Under the pieces are notes generated by a model, which ran no database searches, was not told the DNA's origin, and saw only the letters and a program-made list of their open reading frames with translations. The position numbers were made by a program, and so were the translations under genes. A stretch of 64,000 bases of DNA from Eledone cirrhosa (taxonomy: Eukaryota): NCBI GenBank assembly GCA_964016885.1, contig OZ024766.1, forward strand, positions 8,184,001 through 8,248,000, read 5' to 3'. Shown piece after piece: positions 42,527 through 57,368 of this stretch. Position 1 is the first letter of the stretch, and every line of letters begins with the position of its first letter.

Positions 42527-44398
42527 ATGTCGAAGGAGATAGGGGAATCATTATATCACTGTGATGTCTGCAATAAATCATTCTCTGGAGAAGAAAGCCT
42601 CTCAACTCATAAATGTACTCACACAGGAGAGAAATCGTATCTCTGTGATGTCTGTGGTAAATCATTCTCTGAGGAAGAAAGCCTCTTAACACACAAATGT
42701 ATACATACAGGAAAGAGGCCATATCACTGTGGTATCTGTGGTAAGTCATTCTCACAGATAGGAAACTTAACTACACACAAATATATACACACAGGAGAGA
42801 AACCTCTTAGCTGTGATATCTGTGGTAAGTCATTCTCAGAGACAGGACACTTAACTACACACAAATATAAGCACACAGGAGAGCAGCCATATCAGTGTGG
42901 TATCTGTGGAAAGTCATTCTCACAGGCAGGTACCTTAAATAAACACAAATATATACATACAGGCGTGAAGCCGTATCGCTGTGGTATCTGTGGTAAGTCA
43001 TTCTCACAGGCAGGAAACTTGACTACACACAAATATGTACACACAGGAGAGAAGCCATATCGCTGTGATATCTGTGGTAAGTCATTCTCACATGCAGTAA
43101 CCTTGACTACACACAAACGTATACATACAGGAGAGAAGCCACATCACTGTGGTATCTGTGGTAAGTCATTCTCACGTGCAGGAACCTTGACTACACACAA
43201 ATATGTACACACAGGAGAGAAGCCTCATCAATGTGGTATCTGTGGTAAGTCATTCTCACAGGCAGGAATCTTGACTACACACAAATATATACATACAGGA
43301 GAGAAGCCATATCGCTGTGATATCTGTGGTAAGTCATTCTCACAAGCAGGAACCTTGACTACACACAAATATATACATACAGGAGAGAAACCATATCAGT
43401 GTGATATCTGTGGTAAGTCATTCTCTCATGCAGCAAACTTGACTACACACAAATATATACACACAGGAGAGAAGCCATATCGCTGTGATATCTGTGGTAA
43501 ATCATTCTCACAAGCAGGAACGTTAACTAAACACAAATATATACATACAGGAGAGAAATCTCAACACTGTGACATCTGTGGTAAGTCATTCTCGCGAACA
43601 TATCACTTAACGCAGCACAAACGTATACATACAGGAGAGAAGCCATATTGCTGTGATATCTGTGGTAAATCATTCTCACATGCAGTATCCTTGACTACAC
43701 ACAAACGTATACATACACAAGAGAAGCCATATCAGTGTGGTATCTGTGGTAAGTCATTCTCACAGGCAGGAAACTTGACTACACACAAATATATACACAC
43801 AGGAGAGAAGCCATATCAGTGTGGTATCTGTGGTAAGTCATTCTCACATGCAGGTACCTTGACTACACACAAATATGTACACACAGGAGAGAAACCTCAT
43901 CAATGTGGTATCTGTGGTAAGTCATTCTCAGAGACAGGACACTTAACTAAGCACAAGCGTATACATACAGGAGAGAAGCCATATCACTGCGATATCTGTG
44001 GTAAGTCATTCTCACAGAGAGGAAACTTAACAACACACAAATATGTACACAGAGGAGAGAAACCTCATCATTGTGATATCTGTGGTAAGTCATACTCACG
44101 GGCAGTTGATTTAACAACGCACAAATATATTCATACAGGAGAGAAGCCTTATCAATGTGATATCTGTGGTAAGTCCTTCTCACATGCAGGAACCTTGACT
44201 ACACACAAATATATACATACACAAGAGAAGCCATATCACTGTGATATCTGTGGTAAGTCATTCTCACAGAGAGGAAACTTAACAACACACAAATATGTAC
44301 ACAGAGGAGAGAAACCTCATCATTGTGATATCTGTGGTAAGTCATTCTCACAGACAGGAAACTTGACGTCACACAAACGTATACACACAGGAAATTGA
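42527..44398 (+). CDS. C2H2 zinc-finger array protein, copy 3: 623 aa, 22 fingers
   Basis: Intact ORF with nearly the same leader and the same HTGN* end as copy 2. Confidence 0.95.
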   Translation: MSKEIGESLYHCDVCNKSFSGEESLSTHKCTHTGEKSYLCDVCGKSFSEEESLLTHKCIHTGKRPYHCGICGKSFSQIGNLTTHKYIHTGEKPLSCDICGKSFSETGHLTTHKYKHTGEQPYQCGICGKSFSQAGTLNKHKYIHTGVKPYRCGICGKSFSQAGNLTTHKYVHTGEKPYRCDICGKSFSHAVTLTTHKRIHTGEKPHHCGICGKSFSRAGTLTTHKYVHTGEKPHQCGICGKSFSQAGILTTHKYIHTGEKPYRCDICGKSFSQAGTLTTHKYIHTGEKPYQCDICGKSFSHAANLTTHKYIHTGEKPYRCDICGKSFSQAGTLTKHKYIHTGEKSQHCDICGKSFSRTYHLTQHKRIHTGEKPYCCDICGKSFSHAVSLTTHKRIHTQEKPYQCGICGKSFSQAGNLTTHKYIHTGEKPYQCGICGKSFSHAGTLTTHKYVHTGEKPHQCGICGKSFSETGHLTKHKRIHTGEKPYHCDICGKSFSQRGNLTTHKYVHRGEKPHHCDICGKSYSRAVDLTTHKYIHTGEKPYQCDICGKSFSHAGTLTTHKYIHTQEKPYHCDICGKSFSQRGNLTTHKYVHRGEKPHHCDICGKSFSQTGNLTSHKRIHTGN

Positions 44399-45078
44399 GT
44401 GACCATGTAGACGTTTACTCATTGATATGGAATTGATACCCTTTGATTAACCATCGATTGAATACGATTCAAATTGTTTTTCTGACTATTAAATTATGTC
44501 CGGGACTTTTAACGTATGACACCGGTTTTATGAAAGAGCAGGAAATATTGTCAAAGACAGCACGTACCTGCTATCTTAATTATAACTTTAATTAATCTAA
44601 TTATATCTTGTGTAGCAATTATCTCATGTTAAGGTGAAAGTTAATATTCTGTAGATAACATAGAGTTTTTTTTCCTTGACATCAGTGTCACACTTGTCAT
44701 ATTTATTCTTACTTTACAGTTGTGTCAACTAAGAGTTCCATTACAATCTGTATTAAAAGAATGACTATTTCACCAGAACATCTGCTGCTAGTCATTTACG
44801 GACACCCTATATATTTTAGACCACATATCATTAATTATACATAGCCACTTTTCTTAACATAGAAATAGAAGTCTTTTTCTCTACAATAATACATATGTAC
44901 CACTTGGAGAAGACTCACTTTGCTACAAGAATTCTATTGGTATATAGAAAATATATCTACATTGCATATTTTCCACACGTGTAAACATAGTCTTATGATA
45001 TCTAAGACAAGAAACTGAACTGTAATATATTATAAACACAGATATTTCTCAACTTTTAAGAATTCTTCAAAAATTACT

Positions 45079-46360
<1,282 letters not shown>

Positions 46361-46714
46361 GTTTTGTGTCTCTAACTATCACAGGAAAAACATGCGCAGT
46401 CATGAAACACAAAACAAACTAAGACAAGAAGGTGTAGAGGTTTAAAACCAGGAAAAAGAGGAGGCACAATACAAATAGTCATTGAGGAGGTCATAATGTG
46501 ACAAAAGAACTTTGATTAACAAATGAATAACAAACAATAAAGATAAAGTAAAAATAAAATGGTGCAGGTGTTTCTTTATATTGGCATCATGATTATCCCC
46601 AAATATAAAAATATATATGCATATGTATATACACATACATGTACATATATTTATATGTTTGTATATATGTATACATGTACATATATTTATATGTTTGTGT
46701 ATATATATCAACGC

Positions 46715-47310
46715 AGGGTTACAGTATGTCTTAGTTTCATTGGTGTTAAGTGACTGAGAGTACAAGACTTCCCCCTGGACAGGACACCAGTCCATCACAG
46801 GGTTAAAGTCTGTCTTAGTTTCATTGGTGTTAAGTGACTGAGTGTACAAGACTTCCCCTTGGACAGGACACCAGTCCATCACAGGGTTAAAGTCTGTTTT
46901 AGTTTCATTGATGTTAAGTGACAGAGTACAAGACTTCCCCCTGGACAGGACACCAGTCCATCACAGGGTTAAAGTCTGTCATAGTTTCATTGGTGTTAAG
47001 TGACTGAGAGTACAAGACTTCCCCCTGGACAGGACACCAGTCCATCACAGGGTTAAAGTCTGTCATAGTTTCATTGGTGTTAAGTGACTGAGTGTACAAG
47101 ACTTCCCCTTGGACAGGACACCAGTCCATCACAGGGTTAAAGTCTGTTTTAGTTTCATTGATGTTAAGTGACAGAGTACAAGACTTCCCCCTGGACAGGA
47201 CACCAGTCCATCACAGGGTTAAAGTCTGTCATAGTTTCATTGGTGTTAAGTGACTGAGAGTACAAGACTTCCCCCTGGACAGGACACCAGCCCATCACAG
47301 GGTTAAGGTC
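46715..47310. repeat. 84-bp satellite, ~7 units
   Basis: Same unit as 3490-3840. Confidence 0.92.
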
Positions 47311-48318
47311 TTATATATATATATTTATACATATATGTATATATATATATATATGTATTTCTGGAAGTCCAGAAACAGCCGTCGAAATGGCTTGAGCTTT
47401 GCCGTCGGAGTCTTGACTCTTTTCCTATTACCCACTCTACTACCCAAAGTATTGAGTACTCTGGTGGGTTATGGTCCACCTGGTGCCTTACTACACTTCC
47501 TTCGTTATATATATATAAAATAAAAATATATAATATTTATTTATCCAATGATATTAAATAAATGGAAACTATATTTATAAAACCATATTTATTCTAATAT
47601 ATATATTTCAAGGGTACCAAAATTTTGACATAACCAAGGAGAATATACCTTAACGGTTCAAAGTATATATATGTATATATATATAGTAAAATAAAAATAT
47701 ATAATAATTATTTATACATAGTATATATTATATTATTTATTATATATATGTATATATATAAATAAATATATATTTTTTATTTTACTTTATTTTTGTATAT
47801 AATTGTTTCCTCTTTTGGCACAAGGCCAGAAAGTAGCCAGTGCATTACTGGTACTTTATTTTATCGACCCCGTAAGGATGAAAGGCAAAGTTAACCTCGG
47901 CGGGATTTGAACTGAGAATGGCAAGGACCGTAACTCTATACGTCAAAGCATGGCAGCCGACCCTCTACCGATACTGCCAATCCATATATAATATATACAG
48001 GTTGGTCCGAAAGTCATGTCACCCCCTACCAAAAAGTAATGAGAAACAGTTTATGTTCCCATCGCAGTATCATCCCCTTCGGAGGAGCTGGTTTGCCGAA
48101 TCTATCTTGCAGTGAAGTCATCTCACATATATATACATATATCGTGTCACATATATATATATATATATGTATTTATTATTATTACTATATACATATATAT
48201 ATAATAATAATAATAAAAAATAGAAAGACCAAAACCTAAAGAGGACTCGATAAAGTTTCAGATGACCCTGCTAAGAGTAAAAGCAGAAATGCTTTGTTTA
48301 AACTTTTAATTCGGACTA

Positions 48319-48361
<43 letters not shown>

Positions 48362-50144
48362 TCTTCAATGTAGAGAAATGGCTTATATAGGACTAGAACT
48401 GTTTTAAAGGGCAATCAGGCAGGGAGAAAGAGGCTAACAATTCTCGGGCCGGGTGATGTTGTTTCCTTGAGCAAGACACTTTATTTCACATTGCTCCAGT
48501 TTACTCAGCTGTAGAAATGAGATGATAGGGACTGGGGTCCCTATCATTCCACTGTAAAGTGGTCGTGGAGGTGCCATGGCAAAAAAGCACCCAGCACTCA
48601 CTGTAAATGAGGTTGGTGTTAGGAAGGGCATCCAGCTGTAGAAATCAAGCCAGAATCACTATGAGCAAGACAAGGTCAGCCGACTGGACACTGCCCACAA
48701 CAGGACAACCCGTCTAACCCATGCTAGCATGGAAGAACGGCTGTAAAACGGTGATGATGATGATGATGATGATACATGGGCAGAGGTGGTGAGAACAGAC
48801 CACAGATCGCTGAAGCTCATGGTGGAGAGATGCTGTGCTAAATAGGACCCGTGCCACTCTTGCAAGCAGGGAAAAGAGGACGTACAAGTGACACAGTGGA
48901 GACTGAGGTTAGTTGGACATGCTCAACGACATCCAGAGTTTACACTACACTCAGTGCTCCTGTGGGAGCCCCTGCATGGACACACTAGAAGAGGAAGACC
49001 GAGGTTAACGTATGTTGATGCCTTAAGGACAGATACTGGTCTGTTGGAGACGCAGGGCATGTCAACGATAATGAGGGACAGAAGCTGGTGGAGAGAACTC
49101 GTCCATAGATCTTTGGAATTTTACCCGCCCTAGACATATATATATATATATATATTTTTTTTTTTCCTATGATTTTTATCGTTGAGTTTTTAATGCATTT
49201 TCTCTCTTTATGATATCTTCTATATTTGGATTACATTGAGTTCTTCATACGGATTGGACACTACTGTTTTATTTTGGTAGATTTATCTATATATATATAT
49301 ATTGTTTCTACATTTGGCACAAGGCCAGCAATTACCCAGTACATTACTGGTACTTTATTTTATCGACCCTGTAAGGATGAAAGGCAAAGTTCCTATATAT
49401 ATATATATTGAGAGAGAGCATGTAGAGAAGTGACACATGAGTTGATATGTTTATAAAATAGTAAAAAAGAAAAATACAGTAGAAAATGCTAAAGGGATTT
49501 TCTCTCAGAATATACAGCAAAACATTTATTTACAAAATAGGAATTTCCACGTTAATTGTACTGGTTTCAGCTTATAGGCTTCTTCACACGACGGAAGTGT
49601 ATAATGCAGTTTGATTGTATATTAATAAAAATATGGAGGTAAACAGTTTTTACATCCATATTTAGGGAGCAAAGTTGACATTTGTCAGTTTTCTTTCTTC
49701 CTCTCTTAGTGCTGACCTTAGCCGTGTTACTACCAACAGTGTATGTAAAAACAATTTTTCCCCCATCCATTATACATTTCTCTACAAAAACACCCAGATT
49801 GAGTGCTTCTGGCATTATCATTTATTTTTTCAATTTGAATCAACACCAGCAAGTCAAGCCTGGCTTATCTCCCCTTTCATGTTACATCACATGTTTTCAA
49901 TTTGAACCAACGCCAGCAAGTCATTCTCGGCTTACCTCCCCTTTGGTGTTACATCACGTTTTCAATTTGAACCAATGCCAGCAACTCTGGCTTACCTCCC
50001 CTTTAATGTTACATCACATGTCACATATACTTTAAGGTTTACCTCAAACCTTCCTCCTCACTCTTGCTCAGTTTGAATCCATGCCAGAATGTAAAGCATG
50101 GCTTACCCCCTCTTTGATAGGTTCCCTGCAAATTGATCCTTTTC

Positions 50145-50885
50145 GTGATACACCAAAAAGCACCCAGTCCACCCTGTAAGGTGGTAGTGTTGGTGATACA
50201 ACAAAAAGCACCCAGTCCACCCTGTAAAGTGGTAGTGCTGGTGTTACAACAAAAAGCACCCAGTCCACCCTGTAAAGTGGTAGTGCTGGTGATACGACAA
50301 AAAGCAGCCAGTCCACCCTGTAAAGTGGTAGTGCTGGTGTTACGACAAAAAGCACCCAGTCCACCCTGTAAAGTGGTAGTGCTGGTGGTAGAACAAAAAG
50401 CACCCAGTCCACTCTGTAAAGTGGTAGTGCTGCTCATACAACAGAAAGCACCCAGTCCACTCTGTAATGTGGTAGTGCTGGTGGTACAACAAAAAGTACC
50501 TAGTCCACTCTGTAATGTGATAGTGCTGGTGTTACAACAAAAAGCACCCAGTCCAACCTGTAAAGTGGTAGTGCTGGTGATACAACAAAAAGCACCCAGT
50601 CCACTCTGTAATGTGATAGTGCTGGTGGTACAACAAAAAGCACCCAGTCCACCCTGTAAAATGGTAGTGCTGGTGGTAGAACAAAAAGCACCCAGTCCAC
50701 TCTGTAAAGTGGTAGTGCTGCTCATACAATAGAAAGCACCCAGTCCACTCTGTAAAGTGGTAGTGCTGGTGATACAACAAAAAGTACCCAGTCCACCCTG
50801 TAAAGTGGTAGTGCTGCTCATGCAACAGAAAGCACCCAGTCCACTCTGTAAAAAGGTAGGGCTGGTGATTCAACAAAAGTATCCC
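50145..50885. repeat. 48-bp minisatellite, ~15 units
   Basis: Same unit as 6580-6935. Confidence 0.9.
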
Positions 50886-51088
50886 AAAGTCGATACTGGG
50901 GGAAGAGGGTTTAGCAGGTGACAGATAAAGCAGGAGGGCCAGGGTTCTTCCAAATCTGCCCACCACTAAAAAGATAAAGACTAACACCTGATAGGATTTC
51001 TAGTGAATCGTTTTATTGACTGGTCATAGGTGGTGGTCACTATGGCAACTATAGACTCCAACAACAACAGTGTTGGTCAAGTGATTTG

Positions 51089-53069
51089 TTATTCTGGTTT
51101 GAGACGTATGTATATGGCCATAGCATCGGCTACACCATATCCTGAAAATAACAATGACCACAACAACATCATTAATGACAATACCAACAGTTACAGTTTG
51201 AACAAAAAGAGGTGAGAGCATTTTGACCAGTTACAGCCAGTTTGAACATGAAGAGGTGAGAGAATTCTGGCCGGTTACAGCCAGTTTGAACAGAAAGAGG
51301 TGAGAGAATTCTGACCAGTTACAGCTGGTTTGAACAGAAAGATGTGAGAGAATTCTGGCCGGTTTGAACAGAAAGAGGTGAGAGAATTCTGGTCAGTTAC
51401 AGCTGGTTTGAACAGAAAGAGGTGAGAGAATTCTGACCAGTTACAGCCAGTTTAAACAGAAAGAGGTGAGAGAATTCTGGCCGGTTACAGCCAGTTTAAA
51501 CAGAAAGAGGTGAGAGAATTCTGGCCGGTTACAGTCAGTTTGAACAAAGAGGTGAGAGAATTCTGGCCGGTTATAGCCAGTTTAAACAGAAAGAGGTGAG
51601 AGAAATCTGGCCAGTTTGAGCAGAAAGAGGTGAGAGAATTCTGACCAGTTACAGCTGGTTTGAACAGAAAGAGGTGAGAGAATTCTGGCCAGTTACAGCC
51701 AGTTTGAACAGAAAGGGGTGAGAGAATTCTGGCCAGTTACAGCTGGTTTGAACAGAAAGAGGTGAGAGAATTCTGGCCGGTTACAGCCAGTTTGAACAGA
51801 AAGAGGTGAGAGAATTCTGGCCGGTTACAGCCAGTTTGAATAGAAAGAGGCGAGAGAATTATGGCCAGTTACAGCCGGTTTGAACAGAAAGAGGTGAGAG
51901 AATTCTGGCCGGTTACAGCCAGTTTGAACAGAAAGAGGCGAGAGAATTCTGGTCAGTTACAGCTGGTTTGAACAGAAAGATGTGAGAGAATTCTGACCAG
52001 TTACAGCTGGTTTGAACAGAAAGCTGTGAGAGAATTCTGGCCGGTTTGAACAGAAAGAGGTGAGAGAATTCTGGTCAGTTACAGCTGGTTTGAACAGAAA
52101 GAGGTGAGAGAATTCTGGCCAGTTGCAGCCAGTTTGAACAGAAAGGGGTGAGAGAATTCTGGCCGGTTACAGCCAGTTTGAACAGAAAGAGGTGAGAGAA
52201 TTCTGGCCGGTTACAGCCAGTTTGAATAGAAAGAGGCGAGAGAATTATGGCCAGTTTAAATGCTAAAGAGTTATGCAGAGAATTGCTCCTTTTACTTTAC
52301 TATGGCGTCTTACCTTCGCTCCATTTTACTTTGGTAGATTTATTGGAATAAAAGATCCATGGATAGAATTGAGAGGAGTGCCATGGACATATAAAGTTTT
52401 TTTCGTTAATAAATAACCAGCCACGATTTGCTGAACAATCCCTGTTTACGTAGGAAATATAGACGCGCCACGCTTTTCTGTAAATAATAAAGGTAATTGT
52501 TTCTGATTTAGGCACACGGCCAGCAAATTTGGGGGAGGGGGAAGTCGATATATCGACTCCAGAGTATTACTGGTAATTTATAATAAATGTTTCTACTGTA
52601 GGCACAAGGCTAGCAATTACCCCTAGTTCATTAGGGCGGTGGATTGGCAGTATCGATAGAGGGGCGGACGCCATGCTTTCCAGCATAGTTACGTCCCTTT
52701 ACGATCTAAGTTCAAATCCCGCCGAGGTTGACTTTGCCTTTCATCCTTACGGGGGTTGATTAAATAAAGTACCAGTAATGCACTGGGTAATTGCTGGCCT
52801 TGTGCCTAAAGTAGAAACAATTATTTATTCAAAGTAATCCAACTTATTTTACAAACGGGATAAAAAAATATAAAACGAACAAAGTCCCACACTCCTCACA
52901 TTCCAATTATAGAGAAAGCGTCGAATGTTCCAAAGTCCGTCCATGGGGAATTCATTACATTTTCTTTACTAAACCAGTTAGTTATTGTGGTTTTCTTGCC
53001 ATTAAATACCATTGTGACAACAACTGTTTGATTCTTGGACAGAACCAGTTTTACCTGAAAAAGAATATG

Positions 53070-53121
<52 letters not shown>

Positions 53122-56100
53122 TAAACAATAATCAAAGCTATGTTCAAATCATTTTATTGCTGACAATCGTTTCTTCCAAACTTTCGTTTGGAATCAGAGC
53201 ACTAGCAAAGATTGGACATATAATTAACTTCCTATTCATCTGAACAATCATATAGATATATGGATATTAATGTTGTCATCAATAGTTTCGTATTTACAGA
53301 GTGGAATGGATGCGACATAGATTACAAGAGAATTGTGTAATAATTAAAAAGGCCCAGAGTGGAATGCATGTGACAGAGATTACAAAGGAATAGTATAATA
53401 ATTAAAGAGGCATTAAGGTAGAAAGTTACTCGTAAAACGAGGACACTAGCAGTACATATGCAAGCGTAGAGAGAGTGCAAATGCATTAGGCATATACAGG
53501 AAGGAAACAAGCAATGGTATGAGGCATATATAATTACTGCATGGTAAAGGTAACACATAAAATAACATAGGTTTACAAGCATATCAATCAGGCAAAGGTA
53601 AACGTACCATGGATGCTCATTTCTTTGTACGGCGATTACAGCAGGAGTACCTAGCTAACAGTAAACCCCTCTATTTAGCTTTTGTTGACCTGGAGAAGGC
53701 CTTTGACAGAGTCCTCCACTCTATTATCTGGTGGGCTCTTAGAAAACTAGGAGTAGAAGAATGGCTTGTGAAACCTATACAAGCCATGTATAGAGGAACA
53801 GTCAGCAAGGTTAGAAATAACAAAGAATATAGTGAAGAGTTTAGCGTAATAGTAGGGGTTCACCAGGGCTCCGTTCTTAACCCCCTCCTTTTTATACAGG
53901 ATATAACAGAGGGGTTTAAGACTGGCTGCCCATGGGAACTTCTATGTGCAGATGATCTAACTCTCATAGCTGAATCCATGGCTGAACTAGAGAAGAAGTT
54001 CCAAACATGGAAGCCTGGCCTAGAATCAAAAGGCCTTAAAGTGAACTTGTCCGAGACTAAGGTTCCAGTATGTAGAAAGGAGAATAGGGCACAGGTACCC
54101 TCTGGGAAATGGCCATGCTCAGTGTGTAAGAAAGGAGTAGGCAGAATCTCCATTTTATGTTCCAAATGCAAACTATGGGTGCATAAAAGATGCAGTAGGA
54201 TCAGAGGTAAACTATCTAAGAATGTAGATTTTATATGTGGCCGATACTCAGGTGCAGTAAGTAGCAAGGATCCACTGGGTTACATCTCCTTCAACTGCCC
54301 AGATGGTTTTATAGAAATAGTAGACACCTTTCGTTACCTGGGTGACAAAATCAACAGTGGAGGAGGGTGCTCTGAAAGTACAGTAGCCAGAGTTAGAACA
54401 GGATGGAAAGGTTCAGAGAGTTAATACCGCTGTTGGCCACAAGGGGTTTTTCTCTAAAAAAAAAGGCAGATTGTATGATGCTTGTATACGAACGCCGATA
54501 TTACATGGTAGTGAGACCTGGGCACTGCGTAGATTAGAAAGAACTGAAGCTTGCATGCTCCAATGAATGTGTAATAGTAATGTGTGGGAAAGGCGAAGTA
54601 TAAACAAACTAAGAAGGAGACTAAGCATAAGAAGTATCAAATGTGTTCTGGGCAGTTCCCATTAGTACTATCAAATGTTGTGTTTGTATGTGCGTGACTG
54701 TACATACCAGAATATATATTTATGTGTGTGTGTGTGTGTGTGTGAACATATTAAACACTCACAAATGTGTATGTAGCTCTACAGAACCTACCTCATCAAT
54801 TGGAAGCTCATTCCAAATATCCAGTATTGGATGTCGGAAAAAATTAGGACAGAAATTTCCAACACATTTCTCCACCTTCCAAGTCGACGCATTTCCTATA
54901 TTAAGGAAGGAATTATAGACTAACGAGTTTGCTCCCATTGATAAGGCATACACCTTAATCCATTTATCTCCTGAAATAATAATAATAATAATGGTTTCTT
55001 TATTGGCCACAAGGGCTAACATGAAGAAAAACATTAGAGATGGCACAGGACAATACAAAGTGGGTTTTGGTTGTGTAAACAGGTTATAACAAAATCGGGC
55101 TAGAAATCAAAAAAATTCAAACAAAAATTCCCCCAAAAGGGGGAAACCTCCAAGGGGTCACTCATGGAGAAAACCACACAAAATAGACCACAGCCACCCT
55201 GACCACCAGAGCAAGCGCCCTCTCTCACTTTTCCCACTCCTCAGTCTACAGGCACATAGTCAGAGTGGGCCCGTTCACTCGGACCAGACTCGCCACTTTC
55301 ACCCACCTTTCAACAAACTTACTAGAAGACAGTACTTACTTGCCTCTCCACTCTGATTTTCTTCTTTAAGTGAAACTTGAAAAATTTAATCAGGGATTTG
55401 TCGGAGAGGAGAGTGTCCATCTTCAACCTTGTCCACCACACAATCTCTTTTGCCATGGCCACCAGGCAGTTGAAAACTGCCTGCCCTTCCTCTTCTTTAA
55501 AGGAGGATGGCGGGGCTATCTGCAAAATGGACTCAGTCGATAACCGGATCCGTCCTACACGTGACAGCAGCTGTTCGACATAGCTCCACAAGTCAGCAAT
55601 CCTCAGGCACTGAACGAGTGCGCGCAGGAGGGTTTCGTCGCCCTGCGCGCTTCTCGGACTGGCTCGACTGACAGCAACCTCCGTGCCTGTAGAGCTTATC
55701 CCGAACCGGCAACGCTCCCCAGTAGCACTGCCAGGTCAGGGAAATGTACGTCTACTGTGGCGTACTTTTTGTCTCGGGTGATGTGGAGTTTTCGTGCCCA
55801 GACGCACCCCAGGGCCTTTTGGATTTGAGTCTCCGTAGCTCTCTCCAGCCGATGTGACAATTTGCTTACGGTGCGGTAAGTCACCGTGCGCAGCTGCTGG
55901 TCTTTGAAGAAATCGGGTGGAGGTTTCAGGGAAACTCTATTGACGTTTCTTGTCACCATGGCTCTTGCGACTGCCATCTCCTCCTCCGTGACTAGCACTG
56001 TCTCTATATTTCGAGCCACACCTGTGAAAGAAGTGGCCCCTTTTTCAGCGGCACCACTATTACTGCTGCTACTCATCTGGTTGTTGGTGCTACTGCTACA

Positions 56101-57368
56101 AACGGTGTTGTTGGTGTTGTTGCTGTAGTTCATTGTGTTTTCGGTGCAATTTGTATTGTTGTTGGTGGTGTTGTCGTTGTTTATTTTCTTGTTAGTGGTG
56201 TTAATATCGTTGTTGCATTTTTCTATTGTCTGTATTTTGGTTGACGCTGTTATTGTTGTAGTTGGTGTGGTAATTTTTGTTAAATTAGTGTTCTCAGTGT
56301 TGTTGTCTTTGTTCACGTTGTTTGTGGTGGTGTTTGTTGTATGAATTTCTGTGACCCTCCTCTCAACTTTTACGCCGTTGTCATACGACAGCAGACATAT
56401 TGCTGGGGGGCGTGGCTCAGCCATGTTTTTGTTTTTTTCATTTTCAAAAGTGAAATGTTCAAAAATATTGTTCATATATTTGGGCCAAAAGGCCCAAATA
56501 TTATACTTTCCCCTTCACAGGGAAAAGTCCAAGGGCTTATATCCCTTACACAACAAGAAAAATTTAACAACAAATAATTATAACAGCTAAATAAAGTGAC
56601 TTACTGAGAGCAAGCAAAAAAGATTTCCAAACAGATAATAATAGTATAAAGACCTGGAGATAGAGATTGGAAAGATCTGGAAGTTGAGGACTAAAACAAT
56701 ACCAGTGGTTGTAGGCGCTCTAGGAATGATACCTCAGGGGTCTAATGATTACTTATCCCAAATCCCAGGAAACCCGCGTATAGCAGAAATACAAAAGATA
56801 GTACTAATGGGAACTGGCCATATACTAAGGAAGATTCTGTCAATATAAGTACATCACAAGTCTAAACACCTAAAGATACATGTATGTGTGTATGTGTTCT
56901 TTCTTGAACATGGTGGACCTTGTTGTCTCTTGGGGTCACTGGTTGTGACTTGGTGATAACTCGTATGAACATAAAGCAAGATAAATGAAATGATAATAAT
57001 ATTAATAATAAAGGTAACTTACTTCTATAATAAGCCATCTCGTTCATGTTCTGTCCAGTGGTGACTGTCAGTATATTCTTTGGTGAATATATCTTACAAA
57101 GCTGTTTGACTTTGTCATAACTGAAGTATTCTGTTTCTTCGGTTAAAGCAGTGACCGCACACTTGAGAAGAGTGTTGCATGGAATGAAGTGGTCAGTTGT
57201 GGTCTTCAAAAGGTAGCTGTAGGTATAGCCACTAGCCAGATGTTCATATTGGGCTTCACTGTAATTCGGCCTCTCTGAGCCTGAAGACGATGATGTTGTT
57301 GAGGTGAGGGTGACCGCAATGGTCAGAAGTAGAAGTAGAACGAGGTAGATTGGTAGTGACAGCTTCAT
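51089..57368 (-). CDS. Spliced secreted-protein gene copy C, 298 aa if the alternative exon-3 donor is used. Exons 57368-57023, 54970-54792, 53054-52900, 52477-52314, 51141-51089
   Basis: Open frame. The exon-3 donor is AT|gtgagg (30-nt indel relative to A/B, phase preserved). Exon 4 = KAWRVYISYVNRDCSANRGWLFINEKNFICPWHSSQFYPWIFYSNKSTKVKWSE. Confidence 0.78.
51195..52273. repeat. 44-bp minisatellite, ~24 units
   Basis: Same unit as 7245-7970. Confidence 0.9.
53594..54642 (+). mobile_element. RTE LINE RT fragment, copy 3
   Basis: ORF 53609-54424, near-identical to the other two copies. Confidence 0.92.
54977..56634 (-). mobile_element. Internally deleted L1/Tx1-like element, copy 3
   Basis: Same as 10797-12454. 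Confidence 0.75.
56645..57010 (+). mobile_element. R4/Dong-like LINE 3' fragment, copy 3
   Basis: Same as 12465-12830. Confidence 0.8.

Noticed and set aside
50039-50987. Long ORFs over the 48-bp repeat (STTTLQGGLGAFCC / QQKAPSPPCKVVVLV)
   Set aside because: They arise because the unit is a multiple of 3 with few stops and are open on both strands; the repeat is transposon-derived.
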